A DNA stretch of 64,000 nucleotides, from positions 187,364,001 through 187,428,000 of the forward strand of contig OX597815.1 of assembly GCA_951406725.2 (NCBI GenBank), written 5' to 3'. This stretch comes from Octopus vulgaris. Taxonomy: Eukaryota. The position numbers were made by a program, and so were the translations under genes. The notes beneath the pieces are model-generated. The model worked only from the letters and a program-made list of their open reading frames with translations. It had not been told where the DNA came from and searched no databases. Each line of letters starts with the position of its first letter. Within the stretch, counting starts at the first letter, position 1. Shown here piece after piece: positions 52,675 through 64,000 of the stretch.

Positions 52675-52861
52675 GTGATAGTGACATGTAAAACCACTCA
52701 GTACCCTCTGTAAAGTGATTGGCATTAGGAAGGGTACCCAGCTGTAGAAACCATGCCAAATCAGATAATTGGAGCCTGGTGCAGCTCTCTGGCTTGCCAG
52801 CTCCTGTCAAACTGTCCAACCCATGCCAGTATGGAAAGAAAGATGTTAAATGATGACGATG
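52675..52861 (+). mobile_element. SINE family C 3' part
   Basis: TTGGCATTAGGAAGGGTACCCAGCTGTAGAAAC...CCAACCCATGCCAG. Confidence 0.8.
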
Positions 52862-53787
52862 TAGTGTATGTATAGCTTACATTTTCTGTGCAAATTTGTA
52901 GTATTAGTGCAATATTCAGTGTGCATATCAACACTCTTTGTTGGCTTACTCAGTTTTTGATAAGACTAGGCAATCTGAAACTATGTGCTTAATATTTTTG
53001 TTTTTGTCTTTACATAGTTTATAATTATTTTAGATCTCATTTTTATAATATTTTTCATATATCTTTTGGTTGGCATGCACCAATTTTGTACTGCTTGTAT
53101 GATTTTTTAAAAATGTTTTTTGTTGGCTCTTTCAAATATAATGGTTATTTGCTTTTCTTTTGAAGGGATTTTTTTAACGAAAAAATTTTATTTTTTAATC
53201 TTGTTTTCTTAATAATTCACTTTTGGGTTCTGTTTCTCTTCTTAACTGCATCCTCTCTGTTTTATTCATCAGTATCTTTGTAAACACAGAATACTTTTTT
53301 TTTTCATCATTTTCATATTTCATAATTACTTGTATTAATCTTTTGTTATTTTATGCTATATATTTATGCAGACCTACAATTGCAGACAATAGTGACAACT
53401 CCTGATAGCCAGTTACTTAGGCAGCTCATTAACTTTTAGGCCTGTCAAGTTTGTTTTACATCCAATAGATTATCTTCCTCTGGTGATTGCTCCAGTTTCT
53501 TTTACTGTGACAGACCCCAATCTTTTACTTGTCAGACCCCAATCTTGTGTATCACATTTCTGACATATAGAGTTGTGTATTCTATCCTGAATAGTTCTTA
53601 TGCTAGTAACATTACTAGCTCTTCAAATATTTTTCCTCATTTATACTTGATATGGGGCTAGATGAGGGAATATAACACTTAGTAGTGATATTACCTAGAT
53701 AATAAGAGCTTATATCCCCAGCATATATCATCAAAGTAATTTTAGGTTTTCATCTTTTTTTTTGGCTGTGGGCAATTTGTCCTTCCA

Positions 53788-54230
53788 GTGAATGATTCTA
53801 CCAAGCATGTGATGGTACCTACTGCTGACATTGCCTCTGTAATATCATTTTATTGTTCGATTTTTCCCACTTGGAACAAAATTTTATTCAAGGATAACAA
53901 ATTCTCAATACTTTGCTTTCAGTCTATTTATCATTACACACCATTGGCAATGCTATTTGCTCATGGAAAAGGTTTCCAATACTCTCTGCTGATTACTCAT
54001 ATTTCTCAGCTAGATATTGGCAATAAAGATTTTCAGTTATTATGGTTGAAAGTATCTCTTCTTAATTCCTTCAAGTTGAAATTCTTATTCTGCTCTCTGA
54101 ACTCATGCAGTATCCAGCAGTTATTCAGTCAGTTCTCATCCTATATTAAGGATATCTATCCATCTCATCTCAATGTTCTTTATTGTGAAGTTATGTTGTT
54201 AGACTTACATTACTTATTTACTGTTATTTG
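53788..54230 (+). mobile_element. Possible decayed LINE apurinic-like endonuclease segment
   Basis: LDIGNKDFQLLWLKVSL..KFLFCS..IKDIYPSHL..EVMLLD resembles the APE region before GDFN, but catalytic motifs are not intact. Confidence 0.35.
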
Positions 54231-55409
54231 CTGCTGTATATATATTTCTATTCCTTTCACTCTTTTATCATCAAGACCTCAACCACACGCAATTTTAACA
54301 TTATTGAGAAGAAATAAATATAGCCTCCAAAAACTTGAAGAGTGTCCTTCAGTGAAAGCATGGCAATCTAATCATGCATAACATACAACACAAAATATTA
54401 AAAATAATAACCAAATCTTCCTCATCTCATACACTTCTATTTTCAATGCAGCAGGAACATACATGTATACAATGTATAACAAGATTAGCTGGTCATGCCT
54501 GGAACAAGTTTGATTATTGACAACAACAATCAAGAAATTTGTACAATATCATATGCTTGGAAAACATATAACTAGATTTAACATACTATAAATGCAAAAC
54601 CACATTATTTTTTTTATGAAAAAACTTGAAGACCCAATTCTATCTAACATCAGAGTCACTGAGTGCCACTGAGTACTGCTTGCACATCTGGTTCATATAT
54701 CTGAGACTGTGCTCTGCCTGCCTGCCTTAACTACTTTTATTTCTATACATAACAGGATATTTTGACAATCAATGTGTTGACGCTTTTAGTGGATTTAACA
54801 TTTTCCTAATTAGGACGCCTGTGAGATCCTCTTGGTAAAGTAAATTCACCTGACTGGCAAAGATCATTACATCTGATGAATACATAAGTCTACTGAGAGC
54901 TAAACACAGTTGACTGAATGTGGACACATTAGCATAGAAATATATTCCATATTTTGATATAGTTTGCTATTGCGTTTTGTTTATTGACATTAGAAATGCT
55001 AGCCTGATAGGAAATTAATAGTCTGATAGGAAATTAATCATTGGGTGGTTGCATGTTGATAAGAGGAATAAGCAAAGGATGTCCTTCATCAGCACCAGGA
55101 ATTTATGGGCTTAGATGAAATAGTTGGTAGCAGAGAGAATCCTGTGGTATCTCCAATTATAATGGTCATGTAAATTATCAAGATTTCTCAACCACATTAT
55201 GAGAGCTCCAATTTTAACTTTGATAATGTGAGATGTGAGATGACACACCAATAATTTTGAGAGAAAGAATTCAGGTGGATGTAGAGCTACTTGATCCTAT
55301 TGACAATGGATTCAAAAGTCGTAAAAATAATAGTATCTTCTTAATGTTTGTTTATAATTTCACTAAATTTAAATTCTTCATTTTTTTCACATTTGAAATA
55401 GCTCTTGAA

Positions 55410-55673
55410 GATCATTATTTACATTTGACGGACGTTTGTCCTCATCTTGTTTGTTGTTAACACAACGTTTTGGCTGATATACCCTCCAGCCTTCTTCAGG
55501 TGTCTTGGAAAAATTTCGTACTTGGGTTTTCATTCCTAAAGTATTTTTCGATATTATTATTATTATTATTATTATTGTTCAGGTCACTGCTTGGAATTGA
55601 ACTCAGAATCTTGGGGTTAAGAGCATGGGCGACTAACCCCAAGATTCTGGGTTCGATTCTAAGCAGTGACCTG

Positions 55674-55706
<33 letters not shown>

Positions 55707-55874
55707 TTAAAAAATACCTTAGGAATGAGAACCCAGTTTCGAAATTTTCCCAAGACACCTTATGAAGGCTGGAGGGTATATCAGCTGAAACATTGTGTTA
55801 ACAACAAACAAGATGAGGACAAACATCCATCAAATGTAAATAATGTACATTGTCATCTCTTAAATATAGAACTG
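55410..55874. mobile_element. Penelope-like fold-back insertion with tRNA-like centre and hammerhead-like motifs
   Basis: Palindrome 55413-55845; ~29-nt one-sided tail; 11-bp TSD TAGCTCTTGAA (55399-55409, 55875-55885). Confidence 0.85.
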
Positions 55875-56364
55875 TAGCTCTTGAAAATATTCACCAGATA
55901 TTGTGAAAATTATTGTGCAAATTTGCATACAAATGTTGGACTGTCTTCTTTGCTATTGGTATTAAAATGGAGTGAAAGCTTTGTGGTATCTGTATGTAAG
56001 TTCTTAAAAACAAGAAATTCTTCCTTCATCAAGGAGCAATAATCATCATATCTCTCAGCATTCTATTCAGGGCTTCAAAAAATTTAATGGTGACATACAT
56101 AGGTAACCCATCCCAAACAATCAAGTGAACACAGCAAAGCAAAATGCTCAGGAGCATCAAGTGGTGATACTTGGCAAGCTGAGTTTGAAGATGCAGGTAT
56201 TAGTAATTTGAATCATGAGTGAGCAGTGTGGAACAGCTTCAATAATATTGTTGCAATGCCCAAAGATACTGAACAAACGTTATATGGTTGTCTTTACATA
56301 CATATGACAGTAAAACATTGAGCAAAAATGTTTTGTGTGCCTCCTGTGCACTGATGAATTTTAA

Positions 56365-56568
56365 CCTTTAGCATTTAAACCGGCCAAAAATATTCTACCT
56401 GTTTTATGTTCAAACTGGCCAGATCAGGTCTCTCACACCAACCCTACAATATTGTTTTAAACAGCTACCTCATCAAAATCTCATAGCTACAAGATAATGC
56501 ATGATTAGTTCAAAACAATGTAGATGAAGAAGCATTAATTTTGGCAGAGTAATGCGAACACTAAAGGG
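56365..56568. mobile_element. piggyBac-type MITE
   Basis: TTAA|CCTTTAGCATT ... AACACTAAAGGG|TTAA. Confidence 0.75.
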
Positions 56569-56814
56569 TTAATTTACCCCCATTGCAATCTTTTTTTTCT
56601 TTTTATAAGCTGACAAGTGGATTTGCTTATTGTAAAGTGCCAGCAGCAAAACCAATCTCAATTGCAAAAAATGAGACATTAATATTTGTAAGACCATAGT
56701 CATCAGTGGTTAAACTGAAAGAAATGGTACTTCTATCATATTGTGAGTGTTGAATGTCTTAGACATACATACATCATTTTCTGCATATTCTGCAGCTATT
56801 TCATTTGCTAAATA

Positions 56815-57040
56815 TTGGGTTGTCTGGAAAGTTTGTGCTGATTTTTAAAGGAATGAAAAAAGGTCAATAAATACTTGCCATTACATTTTTAATCAACCAA
56901 ATATGAACCATTTTGTTGCGCAATGCGTCTCCATCTTTCCTTTAACTTGAAAATACCCTCTTCCCAGAATTGAGGTGCCTGGGAGGGTAAGTTGAAAGGT
57001 AAGCTACTATAAATCAGCATGAACTTTCCAGACAGCCCAG
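56815..57040 (-). mobile_element. Internally deleted mariner element
   Basis: TA-flanked ~30-bp TIRs TTGGGTTGTCTGGAAAGTTTGTGCTGATTT; minus strand encodes a mariner transposase C-terminus FWEEGIFKLKERWRRIAQQNGSYLVD*. Confidence 0.9.
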
Positions 57041-57677
57041 TATTTTTGTCTTCTGTGATGTATGTCGTCCGCAAGATCAGCACAAAACATGTTGTATAAC
57101 TGTAATGATGTTGAAGGAGTGCAAGAGTATGCTATATAGGCAAATAAATGTTTAAGCTCTTTACTTGAATGTCTAGCGTAAGTTTCATTCAAGCTTTGCT
57201 CCAGTTCTTGATAATTTTCTAAAATATTTAACATCAAGTATGCATGCTTAAAACTTTCATAGACAGTACTGCCAAAAGTAAGTCATTTGAAACTTGTAGT
57301 GTCTACTAATGAACAAGCAATAGCCTAAGATAAAACGGTTCCACCTGTGAAGGATGTATTATATAGATTCTGCTTTGCAATCACAAAGTCGTGGGACCAT
57401 GTGGTCAGGAAACAAACTTCTTACCACTGAGCCGTGTGTGAACATTTAAATATAAATTTAAATTAGTCACAAAGAAAATTATTTACTTTGCTTGCAGCCT
57501 TTGAAACTTAGTTTCTAATTAAGATTCTTCTCTGATATTACATGAAGCAATTTAGAATATTTTTTCAAAAAAAAAAAATAAAATTTGACCTATATATACT
57601 GAAAATAATATATTAAAAAAAATTTTGATTGTGGTCTTAGTTTTATTGGTAATTTATCATCAGTTTAGAAAATTGTG

Positions 57678-58095
57678 GATGCAGGTATGGTGATATAGTT
57701 TAAATGTTATTTTTACAAGCACATGGTCCAGAATTTGAATCCACTGTGTAACATTTTGGACAAGTGTCTTCTATCATAGGCTCAGTTATCTTGAGTGTTG
57801 TGAGAGAAATCAAGCTAGATAGATAGAAATTGAAGAAACTCACCAGTGGACAGTAGCTATTTTTAATATATTTCCTGTTTTTAAGATGGTGAGCTGGCAG
57901 AATTGTTACCACACCGGACAAAATGCATAGCAGCATTTCGTCCAGCTTTATATTCTGAGTTCAAATTCTACCGAGGTCACCTTTGCCTTTCATCCTCTCT
58001 GAGTCAATAAAATAAGTACCAGTTGAACACTGGGGTTGATGTAATCGACTTAATCTCACCCCTAAAATTTCAGGCCTTGTGCCAGAAATTGAAAT
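57678..58095 (+). mobile_element. Old family B 5' part followed by a family A short-tail copy (~57884-58095)
   Basis: GGACAAGTGTCTTCTATCATAG; GGTGAGCTGGCAGAATTG...AAATTTCAGGCCTTGTGCC; TATATTTCCTG repeated around the A copy. Confidence 0.8.
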
Positions 58096-58148
58096 CAGTA
58101 TATTTCCTGCTTTTACAACACTTCCTGGCTCTTACAGTGCCTCTAGGA

Positions 58149-58415
58149 AAGTGGCTCTCAACCAGGGTCCATATGAGTCTTGGGGTCTATATGACCTTTA
58201 GGAATCCATATAAGACTTTGTTGTTAAAATTTATGTGCAATAAATTACTTATCTATAATACTCTAAACATTTTAATTTTTTAATATAATTTCTAACAATG
58301 TGTAATTATAAAAATATAATAGGATGTTTGTAAACATCAAATGACTACGAGGGTCCATCTGAGTAAAATAGCAATCAAAGGGTTCCATAGGTAAAAAACA
58401 GGTTGAGAACCACAG
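58149..58415. mobile_element. hAT-type MITE (CAGTGGTTCTCAACC family)
   Basis: AAGTGGCTCTCAACC ... GGTTGAGAACCACAG; imperfect 8-bp flanks CTCTAGGA / CTTCAGGA. Confidence 0.8.
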
Positions 58416-58900
58416 CTTCAGGAGAATCTACTATGTTGCAAACTTTGGATCAGATTTCTAATATCCTCTTTCTACATATCAACATAAGTGTTTCCTGTTC
58501 TATTGATTGAAATTAGTAATTTGGAAGTTATGCAAAAAATATCAAAAGTGCAGCCCTTCCTCTTCTGACTAAGCACAAAAATATCAAAAAAAAAGGAAAA
58601 GGTCGTTACATTTCATTTATATATTATCTGGTTGACAGATAATGATACAAAGTTAATAACATCCATTTGTTGTTTCTACTTTTTTTTATATATATATATT
58701 CTCAAAGAATTTTATTATTGTCATGTAAAGTTAACATTAGCAAATTAAGAGATCCACTCTTTAATAATTGTCAGCTTTAACTTTAAAAATTTTCAAGCTA
58801 TTAACCTCATCATCATTAGATGAAAAATGTTTTAAGATTTACATCCAGACTGTTTTGAAATAGAGATCAAACCAATTAAAATGTAGTGCAGGTGTAAATA

Positions 58901-59112
58901 TTGGTTTCAAATTTTGGCACAAAGCCAGCACTTTCAGGGGAGGGAGTGAGTTGATTATATTGACCCCAGTGTTTGCCTGGTACTTATTTTATTGTCACCA
59001 AAAGGATGAAAAGCGAAGTTGACCTTGGCAGCATTTGAACTCAGAATGTAAAGTTGGAAGAAATGCTGCTAAGCATGTCTTCTGGTGCAGTAACAATTCT
59101 TCTAGTTCACTG
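58901..59112 (-). mobile_element. SINE family A short-tail
   Basis: Collinear with 370-588; flanked by TAGTGCAG(G/A)TGTAA. Confidence 0.85.
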
Positions 59113-59387
59113 CTTTAGTGCAGATGTAAGTATTAAAAAAAAGTCCATCTCAAGAGATGTGATTAATAGTTTATAACAGTAGAATGCTATTAAGCACAAC
59201 TTGCTCAGATATTTAGAAGTGCTAATCCTTCGTTCTTTAACTGAAGAGAATTCACCGAGAAAATATGTATGCGTGTGTTTAATAGATATCTTCAGATGCA
59301 AAATTCTATTTAGATCATCATTATCATTGTCATCATCATCATTCTGTTGAAATCAGCTTTACTTTTTATCTTTTAGTTGTAAACATT

Positions 59388-59660
59388 ATCATTTAACATC
59401 TGCCTTCCATGCTGGCATGGGTTGGACAGTTTGATAGGAACCTGCATCATATTTCTGTGTCTGTTTTGGCAGGTCTTTTTACAGCTGGATGCACTTCTAA
59501 CTCCAACCACTCAGCAGAGTGGACTTAGTGCTTTTTATGAAACACAAGTGCTGGTGAGGCCAATTTTGGCAAAGTTTGTTTTTACAGCTAGATGCCCTTC
59601 CAAATACCAACCACTCTACAGTGTGGACTGGGTGCTTTTTAAGTGGCACCTACACTGACA
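59388..59660 (-). mobile_element. SINE family C, degraded with internal duplication
   Basis: Two TTTACAGCT(G/A)GATGC motifs. Confidence 0.7.
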
Positions 59661-60235
59661 GGGCCACCAAGTAACTTGCAAGACAAGTTAGTGAAACTGA
59701 ATACTCTCTCCCTCCTGCTAAACTTCTGGTCTCATGACAATGTTAGAGATGATTATTATTTTGGTGATAGTTTGGTAGAATCAGAGATGTTTTAAGGCAA
59801 TGTGGTTGGGTCTCTTTACATGCTGGGTTTAAATGCCTTTAAAGTCAAGTTTGTCTTCCATCATTTTGAATCAATAAAATACATGCCATATAAAATCCTG
59901 GGTCATTTTTATTGATTATATCTCTTCTCTTAAAATGTATCATCTTGTACTGATATTAAAAATTATATTATTATTTTTCTATTATTGTTGTTAATGTTGG
60001 TGCCTTGATGCTGTTGTTCTATATTGTCAAACTAAATCCAGCATTTAGCTTTGGCTCCCAACTGCACGTGTGTGTGTGTGTGTGTGAGGGAGAGAGAGAA
60101 TAAAATTAAATTAAAACCAATAGCATATTAGTACTTTTAATTGACTAAACCTATCCCTTGTAAATTTATAGACTTGTGCCATAAATTTATGGGAGATGTT
60201 GAAGTTAGAAATCATAATTTTATACACACACATAA

Positions 60236-60278
<43 letters not shown>

Positions 60279-61661
60279 ATGAATATGTACATGATGATTT
60301 TACAAAAAAAACCATTAATAATAAATGTTAGAAATCTTTATTAATGTTCTGTTTTCGCTTTGCTGTGAAATTATCATGTGCATATTTTATTTTAAAATTA
60401 TATTTTTGTGTTCTTATTTTAATTGAATATTGGAACATTATATTGACTAGTTCTTTAAATGGGGAAAAGGAATAAGGTTATAAGTAAACAGTTAATGCAG
60501 TGAAACAAAATATTTTAGTCGCTGAAAGCTTTTCTATGAATTAATAAACAACAACTGTGTCTGAAAGAGTTCATCTAATGCCAATTTTTCTGAATAAATT
60601 TTTTTCTTCTTTATGAATGTAATAAGTTGAATGCGTAAATTGGTTTAACTACTGGGAACTCAATGACAGCTACTCGACCTAAATACATACATTGCTTTAA
60701 GAGAAAATTGGAATAAAGAAACAGTTTTTAAATAATTCATTGTAGTCATCATAATAATTCCTCCAGAAATGATTAAGCTACGAGTAATGTTACAAGTCTT
60801 TTCTGTTTACTAATTTAAGAAGTCAAATATCCTGTTGTGTATAATAATGTGAATATTTTTGGTTAGTGGAAATTTGGTCATAAAACTCAATAATATATTA
60901 TGATGCAGCTAATATTGTATTTCTGATTATAGAAAGAGGATCAGTTGGTAATAAATTAGCCAATACAGCAGGTGGCATGCTGTGTTAATGCTAAGTATAT
61001 TGTATTTATTGATTTAGGAGAAAGTCAGCCAAGTAGAGTATGATTGGAAAATTATTTCTAGTTTTAAAAATAAGCTATCTTTCAATCAGATAAAAATCCT
61101 GCCATCCAAGCTAATGTATTTTGTCTATTATGTATTTATGTATTACTTATTTATGAACTAATATTTTTGTTATATGCTGTGCTGAAAGAAGATACATTAC
61201 TCCATTCACTTTATTGTATCTTTGCCAGAAGATTGATAATTTAATGAAATATACTGCAGAAGATTTGAATATAATAGAAGATAAGTAATTTTGTACCTCT
61301 GTCAAAAGGCTGTTTCTACTGTTAGCTAAATATACAAATCATAAATATCATACTAAACAATTTGTGGAAGTTATTTTTAAAAATATTTTTAATAAAGTTA
61401 TTCTTTAGACAAAAGGCCTTTTCATATTAAGGGAGTATAGTTAAGATTAAAATATGTACATTGCTAGTGATTATGTTTTTTTTTATTCACTGTGAGATAA
61501 AAAGCTAAATTCAAATTGATGGCCACCAGATTTATAAACAGCATCCCAATTGTAATGATAAATTAATATCCATATCTCCAAACAACAGAACTCTTTCTTG
61601 TTCTATTGATTACGATTAGTTTCTCAATGTATTTACCTGATGGCTTTAATGTAATTTACTT

Positions 61662-62313
61662 TAAGTGTTAAATATATATTTTTTATATAGGCCCTGGGCT
61701 GAAAATTTCATCTATTCAAAAGTCTAGAAAATCTTAAGTTGAACCTAGGAGGACCTAACAAGACTATTTTCAGGGTTATGGAAGTGGGGAGGTCATCTTA
61801 AAATTCCAAAATTTAAAGGTGCTGAGATGTTTTTTTACCAAGAAGAGTCTCTTCACATATTCATGGATCTTGCTTGGTTCTTTGCTCACCTGGATTAATG
61901 TTCTGACTGACACTAACTAAAGCTCTGTGGTGGGTTTTAGTCAAATAAATTCTCCTTACCAATCATGTTTGTCAATATATATACAAATAAGTGTTAAATA
62001 TATAGTTTTTATATAGGCCCTGGGCTGAAAATTTCATCTATTCAAAAGTCTAGAAAATCTTAAGTTGACCCTAGGAGGACCTAACAAGACTATTTTCAGG
62101 GCCATGGAAGTGGGGAGGTCATCTTAAAATTCCAAAATTTAAAGGTGCTGAGATTTTTTTTTTTTACCAAGAAGAGTCCCTTCACATATTTATGGATCCT
62201 ACTTGGTTCTTTGTTCACCTGGACTAATGTTCTGACTGACACTAACTAAAACTCTGTGGTGGGTTTTAGTCAAATAAATTCTCTTTATCAATCATGTTTG
62301 TCAATATATATAT
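61662..62313. repeat. Direct tandem duplication, period 326 bp
   Basis: TAAGTGTTAAATATATA starts at 61662 and 61988; units are near-identical through ATCATGTTTGTCAATATATATA. Confidence 0.95.
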
Positions 62314-62954
62314 ATGTAATTTTATATAATGATTACCAGTATCACTTCCATCCTGACATATTCATGGAAGACTTTTAACCTTACAAGCAAACAATCACAT
62401 ATCATGTTTCATAACCTACAACTAGTCTTTGTTGTAGCGAAATAAAAAAAGACAAGGCTAAATCTATTTAACCTAGTTACGTTAACCATTGCAGTAGAGA
62501 GAACAATTGAACATTTCAAGAGATTTTTTTTCTCTCCATTCAATTTGAAATAAAACAAAAATTATTCCTCTCAGGTTCCTTTTTTGCAATGAAAGATTCA
62601 GTTAGGCCTTGGACAATTTTATTTAGCCTAAATGAAGAAAAAACAAAACAAAAAAGTGCAAATAGTGAAACTTTAATAGCTATGTAATAACGACTTCTTT
62701 TCTTTGAGAGCCACTGTCAAATGCAGCTGGATTTTTGTTTACTTTTCCCGAGAGAGACATTACAGCTAAGAATATAATTTTCAAACAACATTCAGTGCTT
62801 CATCCCTTTATACAAATTCATGCTACTGGCTTATTTAACTTATTTCCATTAGCTCATTTTATTTTTTAGATATGGAAATCATACCAAAAAATATTTTTAA
62901 CTCTTATTCCATGTGTAAAAATTATTATCAAATGATCATACTTGAGTAGATTAT

Positions 62955-62997
62955 ACTATGCTGATGAAGTCCAGTAAGGTTGAAATATGTCCATAGT
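62955..62997 (+). ncRNA. Minimal type I hammerhead ribozyme-like motif (Penelope type)
   Basis: ACTATG-CTGATGA-AGTC-CAGTAA-GGTT-GAAA-TAT-GTC-CATAGT: perfect 6-bp helix I, intact CUGAUGA and GAAA cores, GUC triplet. Confidence 0.65.
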
Positions 62998-63779
62998 TGT
63001 CCTTTTGTTGCAAACAAAAATCAAACTTTCCTGTAGGCTTATAAAGTAACTTTTAAAGATGAATTCTTAACTCTTCCAATCCTATAGAACTTACTCTATA
63101 TAAATCTCCATGTCCTGTTAGAAACTAGAAATTTTGATAAAATGTATTTAGTCCACTGTAAAAATCATAAAAATATAATGATTGCACGAATTTGGAAAAA
63201 AATTTGTTGATACATTATAATGATTATTATTGTACATTGTAAATGTGGTTTTTACCTGTTGTGTCACTTTCAATTACCAAGGTAAGTTGACTACAGATAA
63301 GGTTTCACATACACTTATCAATTCCTGAAGATCAACTTCCTTTCTCAGAGCTGAATTTGTGCTCCAGTTAATCATTGTTTCTTGGAAGCTGTACAACTTC
63401 CATTCGAAAAAAGGATTCAGAGATATGCCTTCATTTCTTTCATTCAAAAATTTTGTAAGGTCCAATAACAAATTTTTTTTTTGCCCTTATTGCAAGAATT
63501 ACACATTCCTCATAATCCCCTGAGTACACCGAGGGCCTATGTTTAAGATATATCAGTAAATTGTATTTTTATTTTTTCATCCTTATCATTTAATAACAAA
63601 AAGAACATCAACGTAGTATCAACTAAATATGATAATTTCATACTTGCTTAAATGACGAAACTATTTAAATAGTTGGTTTTTATGGATGACACTCAAATAT
63701 CACTCTAATTATTTTATCCACGTCTTAGATTTCTACTTTTAATTAAATTATAAATAACTATTAATAAACAAAGCATTGT

Positions 63780-64000
63780 TCTTTTACATGTTTCAGTCAT
63801 TTGACTGCGGTCATGCTGTAGTACTGCTTTTAGTTGAACAAATCGACCCTAGGACTTATTCTTTGTAAGCCTAGTACTAATTCTATCAGTCTCTTTTGCT
63901 GAACCACTAAGTTACAGGGATGTAAGCACACCAATATCAGTTGTCAAGTGATGGTGCTGGGGACAAACACAGATACATAAACACACACATGCACACACAT
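63780..64000 (-). mobile_element. SINE family B 3' half, runs off the window
   Basis: TGTTTCAGTCATTTGACTGCGGTCATGC...AGGACTTATTCTTTGTAAGCCTAGTAC. Confidence 0.85.

Larger units (their letters stand above)
54850..57375 (-). pseudogene. Decayed Helitron RepHel (PIF1-like helicase) coding region
   Basis: Collinear motifs: RIYIIHPSQVEPFYLRLLLVH; LKHLFAYIAYSCTPS..ADDI; FISAQEAHKTF (Walker A remnant); GIATILL..TAHS*FKL; LIVWDGLPM..FEALNRMLRD; KVKIGALIMWLRNLD; MSINKTQ*QT..GIY..SQLCLALSR. Confidence 0.88.

Noticed and set aside
53788-54381. Longest ORF (197 aa) as a host gene
   Set aside because: GTG start, no recognisable cellular domain or splice context; at best a decayed LINE endonuclease segment.
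63274-63471. 65-aa minus-strand ORF as an exon
   Set aside because: No recognisable homology or convincing splice sites.

Overview
AT-rich eukaryotic non-coding DNA, very probably intronic or intergenic sequence of an octopod cephalopod. That assignment is an inference from the dense tRNA-derived SINE families, the microsatellites and a mollusc-type 5S sequence. No intact protein-coding gene can be supported: nearly all listed ORFs are SINE or microsatellite read-throughs. The window is a layered mobile-element landscape. It holds four SINE-like families (my labels A-D), hAT/piggyBac/mariner/Tigger MITEs and a long-TIR element with an 8-bp TSD and telomeric repeats. It also holds two non-autonomous Helitrons in inverted orientation, a decayed Helitron RepHel gene (~54.85-57.4 kb) with three nested insertions, R4/Dong and CR1-group LINE fragments, and a 5S rRNA copy fused to a SINE-type 3' tail. 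The most unusual signals are Penelope-type hammerhead-ribozyme motifs (one near-canonical at 62955-62997), a TSD-bounded fold-back element combining a tRNA-like centre with hammerhead-like arms (55410-55874), and a SINE family that repeatedly forms one-head/two-body dimers at a fixed GGTATTT junction. Boundaries of degraded repeats are approximate, and family names come from motif recognition, not database searches.
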